Shown: one piece after another, positions 25,976 to 36,091 of the stretch
Layout of the letters: each line of letters starts with the position of its first letter
Position numbering within the stretch: the stretch's first letter is position 1
Assembly (NCBI GenBank): GCA_038321985.1
Contig: JBBQFN010000047.1
Coordinates: 1-36,091 of the forward strand
Length of the DNA stretch: 36,091 nucleotides
Direction: 5' to 3'
Source: Cyanophyceae cyanobacterium
GTDB taxonomy: Bacteria > Cyanobacteriota > Cyanobacteriia > Cyanobacteriales > Laspinemataceae
Notes under the pieces: generated by a model
What the model saw: the letters and a program-made list of their open reading frames with translations, nothing else
Databases searched by the model: none
What the model was told of the DNA's origin: nothing
Translations under genes and position numbers: made by a program

Positions 25976-26405
25976 GCGATTGACGTCTCCCGCAGGGTGA
26001 TACGGTGTGGTGATCGACTGCAAGTAAACTGGACTTTTTTAGCACTCCCTCATTTCAGCCTGGGTGTGGGATGGAACAAGAGCAGGTGGGTGCGTTTTGT
26101 CGATTTATCTTTAGGGGTAGCCAACTGGGTCGGAACCTTTGAGAAAAAAGTTTACCCAAACCTATAACAGTTGACTATTTATATCAAAGGCGAAAGTAAA
26201 TTTCGATTTAGACGTCCCGCGCCAAATTCTAACGTTACTGGGGGTATCCTGTCTAGTTCTCCTGTCAAAAATTTTTCAAAATTATCTCCAGGTCCGGATA
26301 AAAAATAAAATCCCCTTTTGGGGGCTTTATTGATAGTGCCTCAGACCGAGTGTCCCCAGTTTTGATAGTAGTTTTACTTAGCGGTTAGAGGACCTGGAGT
26401 TGACC

Positions 26406-27932
26406 TTAATTCCCCGGAACGCAAACCCCTGGCGTACATAATCCGGGAAACTTCAAGGTACTCACACTCAGAGTATCTAATACCACCCGTCGGATTTGAT
26501 GGTTATTGGTATCGGCAATATAAAGGATGCCTGCGGCAACACTCAGACCCCCAGGTTCAAAAAAGCGCGCCCTTGGACCTTCTCCATCTAATAATCCCGG
26601 GGTTCCGTTTCCTAGGAGGGTTTGGCAATGTCCGGTTTGGGGATTGATTATTTTAATTTTATGGTTATAGCTATCAGCAACCCACAGCAATCCGTCTGCA
26701 TACGCGATGCCGAGACAATGTTGCAACAGGGCCTCTTCGCCGATGCCATCGCGATCGCCAAATCCAAACAAATCGCCACTGCCACAGAGGGTCCGGACCC
26801 GGGGTGCATCCCCTAACCCCACCCCGCGAATGGAACTAATTTCACTATCGGCAATAAATAGTTCCTCATCATCGCTGGTGATGCCGCTAGGTTGAGCAAA
26901 TGCCGCCTCATCGAGTGCTCCATCAATGCCAGCTTCTGCACCAATGCCACTGTAAGTCCCCACGGTCCCATCAACCAAATCCAGCGCCCAGATTTGGTGG
27001 GACCCAGCCATTGCAATCAATAACAATTCCCCGCCAATCAGTTCTAAATCCCAGGGAGAATTTAAAGGAATCTCTAACCCGTGACCTCCTTGGGGTTCTA
27101 GGGTGCGATTTTGTTCGCTAGTTCCCGCCAGGGTTTGCACCTGTTCCGTGGTGAAATCGATTTGCCGGATGGCATGGTTTTCCGTATCTGCCACATAAAG
27201 ACATTGGCATTCGGCATCCCAAGTCATACCTTGGGGTCCAAAAAACTGCGCTCCAGAAAAAGACCCATCGGTTAATCCCGGGGTGCCATTGCCGATGATG
27301 AATTGTAGAGTGCCATCGAGGGTGGTGACAATGATGCGATGATGTCCCGAGTCGGCAATAAAAAGGCGACTGCTGGTAGAATCAGCGAGAACTTTTCCGG
27401 GAAAGGCTAAGGGGGTAATTAAAGGATTTTTCTGTTTTTCTAGGACAGGTTGGATAAGGGGAATTGAGACTGAACCTTGAGCTTGCTGCTGGGCGATTAA
27501 TTGAGCGATCGCCTCATCCAATTTCCCTCGTTTCCCTTCTCCAGAAACCATTCCCACCACATATCCTTGGGGATCAATTAAAATTAAAGTCGGCCAAGCC
27601 CGCACCGCATATTGTTGCCAAATTTCAAACTCCTGATCCACAATGACCGGATGTTCGATATCATATCGGAGAATCGCTTGCCGGATGTTTTCTATGTCCT
27701 TTTCGTTCTCAAATTTAGCCGAATGAACGCCTATAACCGTAAGATTTTTAGAATATTTTTGCTCTAAGTATTTTAAATCCGGTAAAATATGAAGACAGTT
27801 AATACAGCAATAAGTCCAAAAGTCAAGCAGGACAATTCGGCCTTTTAATTGAGCGAGGGATAAAGGGCGATCGCAATTTAACCAAGGTTGATTTATTGGA
27901 AATTCTGGCGCTCTCACCCGAGGAAGGTTCAT
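26406..27932 (-). CDS. Thioredoxin-like + NHL repeat protein (NHLRC2/SOQ1-like architecture)
   Basis: LLDFWTYCCINCLH, GVHSAKF, repeated LFIADSGHHRI / LYVADTENHAIR / LWVADSYNHKIK blades. Confidence 0.92.
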   Translation of the reverse strand: MNLPRVRAPEFPINQPWLNCDRPLSLAQLKGRIVLLDFWTYCCINCLHILPDLKYLEQKYSKNLTVIGVHSAKFENEKDIENIRQAILRYDIEHPVIVDQEFEIWQQYAVRAWPTLILIDPQGYVVGMVSGEGKRGKLDEAIAQLIAQQQAQGSVSIPLIQPVLEKQKNPLITPLAFPGKVLADSTSSRLFIADSGHHRIIVTTLDGTLQFIIGNGTPGLTDGSFSGAQFFGPQGMTWDAECQCLYVADTENHAIRQIDFTTEQVQTLAGTSEQNRTLEPQGGHGLEIPLNSPWDLELIGGELLLIAMAGSHQIWALDLVDGTVGTYSGIGAEAGIDGALDEAAFAQPSGITSDDEELFIADSEISSIRGVGLGDAPRVRTLCGSGDLFGFGDRDGIGEEALLQHCLGIAYADGLLWVADSYNHKIKIINPQTGHCQTLLGNGTPGLLDGEGPRARFFEPGGLSVAAGILYIADTNNHQIRRVVLDTLSVSTLKFPGLCTPGVCVPGN

Positions 27933-27993
27933 AAGATTAACTTCAAGAAATTTACTAGATTATTTTAGGTGATGTGGCAAAAACTGTCGATTC

Positions 27994-28040
27994 AAACCCG
28001 GTTTCTGGTCTTGGGGAGGAGGTTGAGAAACCGGGTTTCT
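27994..28040. repeat. AGAAACCGGGTTTCT-type inverted repeat pair
   Basis: AAACCCGGTTTCT (27994-28006) and AGAAACCGGGTTT (28026-28038). Confidence 0.75.
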
Positions 28041-28145
28041 TTCATCAATTTAGGCACTGAAACAACAATTGTCGCAGAAACGAGGGGACGGGGTAAGATG
28101 CCAGAACGATCGCCATTGCAGGATTGAACATACTCGCGCTCACAT

Positions 28146-29213
28146 TCAATCCAACTCCTCAGCCAGCGCCTGTGCTTCAGCTTTTCGTGCGGCTTTCAGC
28201 GTTTCTTCCGCCTCCGAGAGAATGGCACTCGCTTCGGCATCCCGATTAGCTAACTTGAGTGCTGCACCCAGATGATTCAGCGCCTCCCCTCGGTAACCAT
28301 CAACACGGATGGAGTAGGCTAATGCAGTGGCCTCAGATAACTGTCCAGAACTAGCCTGCGCTGCTACAATTTCACACAGCGCCTTTTCCCGCCAACTCGG
28401 ATAGCGCATGGAGCGCGCGGCTTCTATGGCCTCAGAAAAACGTCCCCGTTGTGTGAGTGCCGGTGCCAGGTAGTGGAGACTATTCTCTCGGTCCACCTCA
28501 TCGCCAAGAGAATAGGCGATCGTTTTTGCTTCAGTCAAAACGGTATCGGCTTCCTTGGGTCGGTTTACTTGCTCCAGAGTTGTCACCACATCAAGTAGAG
28601 AATAAACCTGCAAAAAGTTCAAAGAACAAGCTGCCGTGGTGGCTTCGGTGAACATAGCGCTGGCTTCATCGAGGCGATCGCGATTCTCCAATGCGACAGC
28701 CAACTCTAAAAACGCACGGACTCGCTCACTCCCCTTGGTAATCAAACGAATCACATTTGCCGCTTCCTCAAAGTTTCCAGCTTGAATCAAGGCAGTCACC
28801 AAACTCCGCAGTGCCTTGATGTGATCGCTTGAACCCGCCAAAGAAGCCGCAACAGAGGCCGCTTCGGAAAACTGTCCTGCTTGCGCCAGCGCTGCCACTA
28901 GCTCGCTCAGAACGTTTTCTCGACTGGACGCAGGCCAAAGGGACTGAGCGATTTGGGGGATTTCGGCAAACAGCGCCTGTGCTTCATCATGACGGTTAGC
29001 TCGGTGGAATGCTGTTGCTAACTCGCACAGTGCGATCGCTCGACTGGACATTGCCCGAATAGAGCGAGTCGCTGTAGTTGCCTCGGCAAAAACGGCACTC
29101 GCTTCACTGTCACGATTGGCGATCGCCAATTCTACGGCCCGATCTCTCAATTCTTGCGCTTGTCTAATCTCCACAAAGTCCATACAAGCGGCCACCTCCA
29201 TGACCCATTGCAA
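28146..29213 (-). CDS. All-helical TPR-like repeat protein; start may be ATG 29183
   Basis: Recurring units ANRDSEASAVFAEA, ANRHDEAQALFAE, RDRLDEASAMFTEA, VNRPKEADTVLTEA, ANRDAEASAILSEA interspersed with AGQFSEA / AGNFEEA / RGRFSEA. Confidence 0.8.
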   Translation of the reverse strand: MQWVMEVAACMDFVEIRQAQELRDRAVELAIANRDSEASAVFAEATTATRSIRAMSSRAIALCELATAFHRANRHDEAQALFAEIPQIAQSLWPASSRENVLSELVAALAQAGQFSEAASVAASLAGSSDHIKALRSLVTALIQAGNFEEAANVIRLITKGSERVRAFLELAVALENRDRLDEASAMFTEATTAACSLNFLQVYSLLDVVTTLEQVNRPKEADTVLTEAKTIAYSLGDEVDRENSLHYLAPALTQRGRFSEAIEAARSMRYPSWREKALCEIVAAQASSGQLSEATALAYSIRVDGYRGEALNHLGAALKLANRDAEASAILSEAEETLKAARKAEAQALAEELD

Positions 29214-29286
29214 ATACTTAAATGCTGGTTTAATCTTAATTATAAATATAAAACATCAGGACTGGTGCTGAACCTAATATCAAATC

Positions 29287-29415
29287 TATAGCCAATATTA
29301 ACGAAATTGGGATTAGGCAATGAAACAACAATAGGTACCGTTATTTTTATTGAGCGAGCAAGATGTTCGCACTCCGTCACTTATTGTATTCTCACAATGA
29401 TTGAGAGGCGCTATA
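29287..29415. mobile_element. MITE-like element (~129 bp), same family as 4325-4451
   Basis: TATAGC...GCTATA ends; reverse complement of the right half aligns with the 4325 element (TATAGC..AATACAAT..GGAGnGnGAAnATCTTGCTC). Confidence 0.55.
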
Positions 29416-29474
29416 TCGAAAAACGGTTTAATCTTGAAACCCCCTCACCCTTAAGGGTAAGGGAGTAGGAAAAT

Positions 29475-31235
29475 TTATCGAGTTGTTGCGTACCAGTCAA
29501 CAATCCCATCAGCCAGAGTTTTGGCTAACTTTTTCTGCTCCTTTTCATCCACAATCCATTCAAACTCAGTGGGATTAATCATAAACCCGAGTTCTAGTAA
29601 GATTGAAGGGGTAACGGTGGGACGAGTTAGGGCTAAATTATTCCAAAAAACGCCATAGGAAGGTCGGTTTAATTTCTGCACGAGATAGTTGTGCAGAAAC
29701 ACCGATAAATCGTGAGCTTGGGGATGATACCAAAACATCCCTATTCCCGCAGTATTAATGGCATCGCCGAAGTCGGGTAAGGCATTATAATGGACGCTGA
29801 GGGCGAGGTCGGGTTCGTCGCGTTCGATTTGTTCAACGCGATCGTGCGGCCACAAATCTTCATCTCCTTCTCGGGTCATTAACACGGTAGCGCCGCGCTG
29901 TTGTAGCTCATCTCGCAGAAGTTTGGAGACAATCAAGGTGACATCTTTTTCGGGATAACCTGTGGGTCCGCGAGCCCCTAAATCCTCACTGCTGCCATGT
30001 CCGGGATCTAGAAGAATTCTCATCCCCGCTAAGGGTTGATTGCGACTGCCGGTGTCAGTGGGGGGATGACGGAGGGAGAGAATCAGGGTTGTGCCTTCAT
30101 AGCGTAACTTGTAACCCCATTGATGTGAGGGTTTGAAGTGAAATGTATATTCAACCCGATCGCTATCCAAGGGTTGCCAATCCATGCGCTCAACTAAGCG
30201 ATCGTCATTAAAAGCGATGGTATCGGTTTGGGCGATGGTATTATGCAGGGTGAGAACTAAGTTACGATCGCCCTGGGTGACTGTAACAGGTACAGCGGTT
30301 TGTAAGGGAAATAGCACTTCCGTCCATCCAGGAACCTGGCGCGATCGCACACCCCGAATTGTTGATTGCGGGGGGATACCTGCGGACAAAATTCGGGCTT
30401 CCTCGGCTTTAATCCAGGCCCCATAATCTAACCGCAGCCATTCTCCTTCCCGTCCCGTCACAGCGGCGCGAGTACCCATTGGTAGAGGAGTTAGCCGGGA
30501 ATGATTGGTACTTGGACCCGTGCGTGCCGTTGCTGCTGCGGCTGTCACCTCAGCGACTGTAATTTGATCCGGTGAGACAATCTCAATCTTACCCGCCGCC
30601 ATTTGGGTTTTTGTTTGCCCATTCAGGGACAATTGATATTGCGGTTGACCCCAATTTGTGGGGGTTTGGGGTGCAGTTGTACAACCCTCAAAATTCCCCG
30701 CGTCTCGGGACACATTAGGCTCGGTTGTCCCGGTTAATACCGATAAATTAGAAGGCAGAGAAACCGATTCTCGGTTGAGCATCAAGGGAATGGTGCGATC
30801 GCCAATTTGGACCGAAACTGTCGCATTTGGGGGGGCAGTCGCCCCAAAACAAATCAATTCTCCGGGCATTCTAGCAATATCTACGCTAGGACTCAAAGAA
30901 CTTTCTACAAATGCCATCCCTTCGGGAACTGGAGGTAAACTAGACTCCCGAGTTACCTTAATTTCAAGTTTTTGGTCTTGATAAGTGAGAGTAAAGACAT
31001 TTTCCCCCAATTCCAAGGGAAAAGTCGGAGCAAAATGTCCAGCAGGACTGCGTTCAATTCGTTGTCCATTAACCAAGACTTCGGCATCCGTTGCAGCGGA
31101 CCCGATTAAGAAAATGCGGTCCGATGTAGTCGTGTGTTCCGCTGGGGGATAAGCTACAAAAAGCCGCTGTTGAGCGGCGGCTGGAGTGGTGCTCATAAGG
31201 GATACAATCGCTGTGGTGAGGAGAAGGTTTCGCAT
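29475..31235 (-). CDS. N-acetylmuramoyl-L-alanine amidase (Amidase_3) with SH3b-like region
   Basis: Signal peptide; ARTGPST..SRLTPL; ILLDPGHG, EKDVTL, LSVHYNA, ILLELGFMINP. Confidence 0.92.
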   Translation of the reverse strand: MRNLLLTTAIVSLMSTTPAAAQQRLFVAYPPAEHTTTSDRIFLIGSAATDAEVLVNGQRIERSPAGHFAPTFPLELGENVFTLTYQDQKLEIKVTRESSLPPVPEGMAFVESSLSPSVDIARMPGELICFGATAPPNATVSVQIGDRTIPLMLNRESVSLPSNLSVLTGTTEPNVSRDAGNFEGCTTAPQTPTNWGQPQYQLSLNGQTKTQMAAGKIEIVSPDQITVAEVTAAAATARTGPSTNHSRLTPLPMGTRAAVTGREGEWLRLDYGAWIKAEEARILSAGIPPQSTIRGVRSRQVPGWTEVLFPLQTAVPVTVTQGDRNLVLTLHNTIAQTDTIAFNDDRLVERMDWQPLDSDRVEYTFHFKPSHQWGYKLRYEGTTLILSLRHPPTDTGSRNQPLAGMRILLDPGHGSSEDLGARGPTGYPEKDVTLIVSKLLRDELQQRGATVLMTREGDEDLWPHDRVEQIERDEPDLALSVHYNALPDFGDAINTAGIGMFWYHPQAHDLSVFLHNYLVQKLNRPSYGVFWNNLALTRPTVTPSILLELGFMINPTEFEWIVDEKEQKKLAKTLADGIVDWYATTR

Positions 31236-31325
31236 AGGTTAAAGTCAAGTCTAGCTCAAAAATTAGTCAAGGATTAAGCAGTAGAAAGCAAGGGGGAAAA
31301 TTAAATAATTTACCCAGTAAATTAT

Positions 31326-32363
31326 TTAAAACGAGGGTAAAGTATTAGCAGGTTTTGGACGGTTGTCTAGGGGACGGGCGACAATAATTCCAATTTGACC
31401 CTCAACGGCTTGGACATAAGATTGTAAATCCGGGGAAACGGTAACCTGACCACTGGGAGAGGCATGAATGAATCCCATTTTGCCATCTTTGGATTGATAA
31501 ACCAGTCCGGTATGGGTGACATCGAGTCCTTCGATATCCGTCGCGGTGGCGATAATATCGCCGGGTTGCAGGCGATCGTAAAGGGTAGAAATTTGGTCTT
31601 GGGGAATATAGAATAGAGAAACTTGATTAAGAGTTGCTTCGACTTGACGAATGCAGTCGTAATTTGAATCATCAGCAAGTTGGGGATAACTTTGACGATG
31701 CTCGGTCATAAAATTTAAGGATTTATTGAGGGGAATGCCTCCGAGAGTTTGGGTAATATTTTCGACAAGCCCGCGCTTACTATTATCATAAATCCAGTCA
31801 CTGAAATAGTGGAGACGACTGCAATAGTCGGTGAGTTTACCGTCCCGATAGCGTTGTTCCTGGATGCGATCGCTAAACCCTTGGTAAGTGTAATCGCGCT
31901 CCGCAATTCCTCGGGCGATCGCCAGGACGCTTTCTACAAATAATACGCAATCAAACCCCGCTAGAGAAATCACCAGTTTTTCCTCTGGGGATTGATCTAA
32001 TAAACCGGCAACGTAAGGGGTTCCGATAAATTGTTCCGCCACTACGGAGATAATCTCACTTAGGGGGCGACTGCTCAAATTTTGTGCACTCGCCCCTTCC
32101 ATAACTCGTTCAAACGCTGGGTCCTTAAGTTCTAAATCCAGTGGGTCCTCTGAATTCGGATCAATCAGGGGTAATTCCTGGGGTTCCGCCGCCGCCATTG
32201 CGGATAGGGTTTCCCCCTGGGTAACCTCGGGTACAGTCCCCCCCGGGGTTCCTATTGCTGGGACCCCCATCAGGAACCCAAATATTGCCAGGGGTAAGAG
32301 TTTCGATGGATAACTAGACTTTTTCATTCCCTTCGATTTCCATTTGCTCATAGCGATCGCCAA
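31326..32363 (-). CDS. DUF1460 / NlpC-P60 superfamily amidase-like protein; start uncertain
   Basis: FIGTPYVAG.L, FDCVLFVESVLA, RYRDG, RLHYFSDW, GLDVTHTG, FIHAS. Confidence 0.85.
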   Translation of the reverse strand: MAIAMSKWKSKGMKKSSYPSKLLPLAIFGFLMGVPAIGTPGGTVPEVTQGETLSAMAAAEPQELPLIDPNSEDPLDLELKDPAFERVMEGASAQNLSSRPLSEIISVVAEQFIGTPYVAGLLDQSPEEKLVISLAGFDCVLFVESVLAIARGIAERDYTYQGFSDRIQEQRYRDGKLTDYCSRLHYFSDWIYDNSKRGLVENITQTLGGIPLNKSLNFMTEHRQSYPQLADDSNYDCIRQVEATLNQVSLFYIPQDQISTLYDRLQPGDIIATATDIEGLDVTHTGLVYQSKDGKMGFIHASPSGQVTVSPDLQSYVQAVEGQIGIIVARPLDNRPKPANTLPSF

Positions 32364-32730
32364 TCTTAATGATGTGGATAATCAACGGGAGGAGCAACCC
32401 CAGCGAGATTCCCTCCCCCAAAAATTGTACAAATCATTTTAGATGCACCTTAGCACCCAGCGTCCCCGGGCTGAAATTGAGTTGTGCCAGCCTAACCTGT
32501 GCCCCAAAGACTTAATGCCCGAGTTACACATCACCTTTGTCTTAGGTATCTCTCATCTTGCCCCTACATATCGGGCTACAACCCCCTCCTTGGCATGACG
32601 TCCTGTCAGTATAGGATGACGCGAACACAAAATACGGCATTCTTCCGTTGCCCATGAGGATTAGTCATTTTAGCCCCGGAATTGAGGGTGCTAATGCGGG
32701 AAAATGTGGCACAATTAACCCAGGATATAG

Positions 32731-34419
<1,689 letters not shown>

Positions 34420-34468
34420 TCCCTGAAAGAGGCGCAGATACTTAGGAATTGCCGAGTGAGGAGGTTTT

Positions 34469-34894
34469 GTGACGTATTGGGTCAAATTTATTTATGACAG
34501 AGAGACATACGTCGTCGATTTAGCACGGATCGGTGCTTTTTGTCGATCGCCAAATGGGAAGATTGCCTTTTGGTTACCGCAAAGTTGCACTCCTGTTGTT
34601 ATTCATCCTCAGAGTAATACCGAGGCTTATCAAACCGTGGTGAATTTTATTAACAAAACCGTACAATACTCTCTGGGTTCTCATTGGGTCAAAATTCATT
34701 ACGAGCGAGAAGAATACGATATCGATTTGAATCGAGTTAGCTCGTTTTGTTGCGCGCCGGGAAATGGAAAAATTTCTTTTTTCTTGCCGGATAGTGGTAT
34801 GAGAATTATCATTCATCCTCAAAGTAATCCCGATGATTATAAGAAGGTGATTGACTACATTGAACAGACGACGGGTCATGATTTAACGGGTTAG
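34469..34894 (+). CDS. Hypothetical protein composed of two tandem ~70-aa homologous domains
   Basis: GAGGAGG RBS + GTG; YWVKFIYDRETYVVDL...IHPQSN versus HWVKIHYEREEYDIDL...IHPQSN. Confidence 0.85.
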   Translation: MTYWVKFIYDRETYVVDLARIGAFCRSPNGKIAFWLPQSCTPVVIHPQSNTEAYQTVVNFINKTVQYSLGSHWVKIHYEREEYDIDLNRVSSFCCAPGNGKISFFLPDSGMRIIIHPQSNPDDYKKVIDYIEQTTGHDLTG

Positions 34895-34927
34895 AAAAAA
34901 CCTCACCCGGTCGGGTGAGGTTTTTTT
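34895..34927. terminator. Bidirectional intrinsic terminator
   Basis: AAAAAACCTCACCCG-gt-CGGGTGAGGTTTTTTT. Confidence 0.85.
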
Positions 34928-34928
34928 C

Positions 34929-35018
34929 TATAGCGCTTTTTTTTCAGGTATGAGGTACACTTTTTAGTTCATATCTTAACCATCATCTCTGTACCTTACT
35001 CGACTGGAAAACCCTATA
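34929..35018. mobile_element. MITE-like element (~90 bp) with TATAG...CTATA ends
   Basis: Left TATAGCGCTTTTTTTTCAGGTATGAGGTACA; reverse complement of right end TATAGGGTTTTCCAGTCGAGTAAGGTACA; abuts the ROK stop codon. Confidence 0.6.
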
Positions 35019-35933
35019 TTAAAGGCAATCTTCTATTTTTTGCCATGCTAATTTAGCAGCCCCAACGATACCAGCTTTATTGCCTAACTCGGCTACTAAA
35101 ACCTGTAAATTGGGACGACAAACGGGCAGAACCCGGCGCTCAATTTCTGCGATCGCCGCTGGCAGGAAAAACTCAGCACTCGCACTAATTCCCCCTCCAA
35201 TTATGACAGCTTCTGGGGTAAGTACATAAATCAAACTGGCTAATCCAGCACCCAGGTGGTGTCCATAGCCTTCCCAAAACTCCAACGCTTCCCGATTACC
35301 CGATCGCGCTGCATGGCCGAGTTCTGCGGGGGTGGTGCGGGCGGCCCTTTGAATCCCTTGCACGGAAGCATATTGCTCTAAAGAGCCTTTATTCCCGCTA
35401 TTACACTCGGGACCATACAAATTGATGCTAATCAATCCTAACTCCCCCGCAGCCCCTGTATGGCCCGTAAACAACTTGCCATCGAGGATAATTGCACCCC
35501 CGACGCCGGTCCCGAGGGTAAGCAATATCAAATTGCGAAAATGACGCCCGGACCCTAACCAGGCTTCTCCCAATCCAGCACAGTTGGCATCATTTGCCAG
35601 AATCACAGGTTTGCCTGTTTTTTGGGTTAACCATTCGCCGAGGGGGACATCATGCCACCCATCCAAATTAATGGCAACTTTAGCAATTTGACCCGTGGCA
35701 TCAACGGGACCGGGAGTCCCCACCCCGATTGCCCGACATTGATTGTCCGGGTCCAGTTGGGCGACTGCCTCAACTATCACTTGAAATACTGCCTCTGGAG
35801 TCGCTGGTTTCGGGGTGTCTACCGACCAGGACTCATCACAGGTACCATCGGACTCAAATCGCCCTAATTTAATGGCACTCCCGCCTAAATCAATTCCAAT
35901 TACGAAGGCGTTGCTTTCTGCTTCTTCTACCAC
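35019..35933 (-). CDS. ROK family sugar kinase (glucokinase-like)
   Basis: IGIDLGGSAIK, GVGTPGPVD, NDANCAGLGE, LTLGTGVGGA, AGELG, VIIGGGIS. Confidence 0.93.
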   Translation of the reverse strand: MVEEAESNAFVIGIDLGGSAIKLGRFESDGTCDESWSVDTPKPATPEAVFQVIVEAVAQLDPDNQCRAIGVGTPGPVDATGQIAKVAINLDGWHDVPLGEWLTQKTGKPVILANDANCAGLGEAWLGSGRHFRNLILLTLGTGVGGAIILDGKLFTGHTGAAGELGLISINLYGPECNSGNKGSLEQYASVQGIQRAARTTPAELGHAARSGNREALEFWEGYGHHLGAGLASLIYVLTPEAVIIGGGISASAEFFLPAAIAEIERRVLPVCRPNLQVLVAELGNKAGIVGAAKLAWQKIEDCL

Positions 35934-35999
35934 AACATCGGCCTCTGTTTACTGCTCTATAAAACTTAAACAAACCCGGACATAGCCGGATATTGATGT

Positions 36000-36091
36000 T
36001 TATTTCTTGCTTCGTCCGGGACTGTCGGCAGCACCCCGTCCACAAGTGTAATCGTCGGAACCCGGCGATTTTTCTAAATTAATGCTGGCGT
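36000..36091 (-). CDS. Possible 3' end of a gene entering from the right edge
   Basis: Open frame ...ASINLEKSPGSDDYTCGRGAADSPGRSKK-stop; too short to identify. Confidence 0.3.
   Translation of the reverse strand, partial: ASINLEKSPGSDDYTCGRGAADSPGRSKK

Noticed and set aside
26024..26405. Riboswitch upstream of the nucleoside transporter, and likewise a pyrG leader at 32364-32760
   Set aside because: No purine-riboswitch core or convincing attenuator structure recognisable by eye

Overview
Cyanobacterial chromosomal window. Abundant HIP1 octamers (GCGATCGC), CP12, a KaiB-like gene and Oscillatoriales-type short palindromic repeats point to a filamentous cyanobacterium (inference). Most of it is housekeeping or conserved: yidD, cp12, selO/ydiU, RibD-like reductase, GNAT/DUF482, alr, HNH, DHH phosphoesterase, LOG-family, wecB, pilT, KaiB-like, NupC-type transporter, Trx-NHL protein, two amidases, pyrG and ROK kinase. 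Accessory material comprises a non-autonomous IS200/IS605 element at the left edge (tnpB missed by the ORF track, plus a tnpA stub), an Rpn/PD-(D/E)XK gene, a signalling block with a chimeric pseudogene, and a cluster of RNA-acting genes at 16.4-19.9 kb. The best candidate for an undescribed system is a minus-strand unit at about 18571-17593. A consensus-like promoter (TTGACA-N17-TAGCTT) would drive a ~385-nt leader containing a ~250-nt imperfect rod-like hairpin, followed by a stand-alone NYN-domain gene and a strong terminator, with an RNase III gene directly downstream. All structure calls come from manual alignment; no folding or database search was run.
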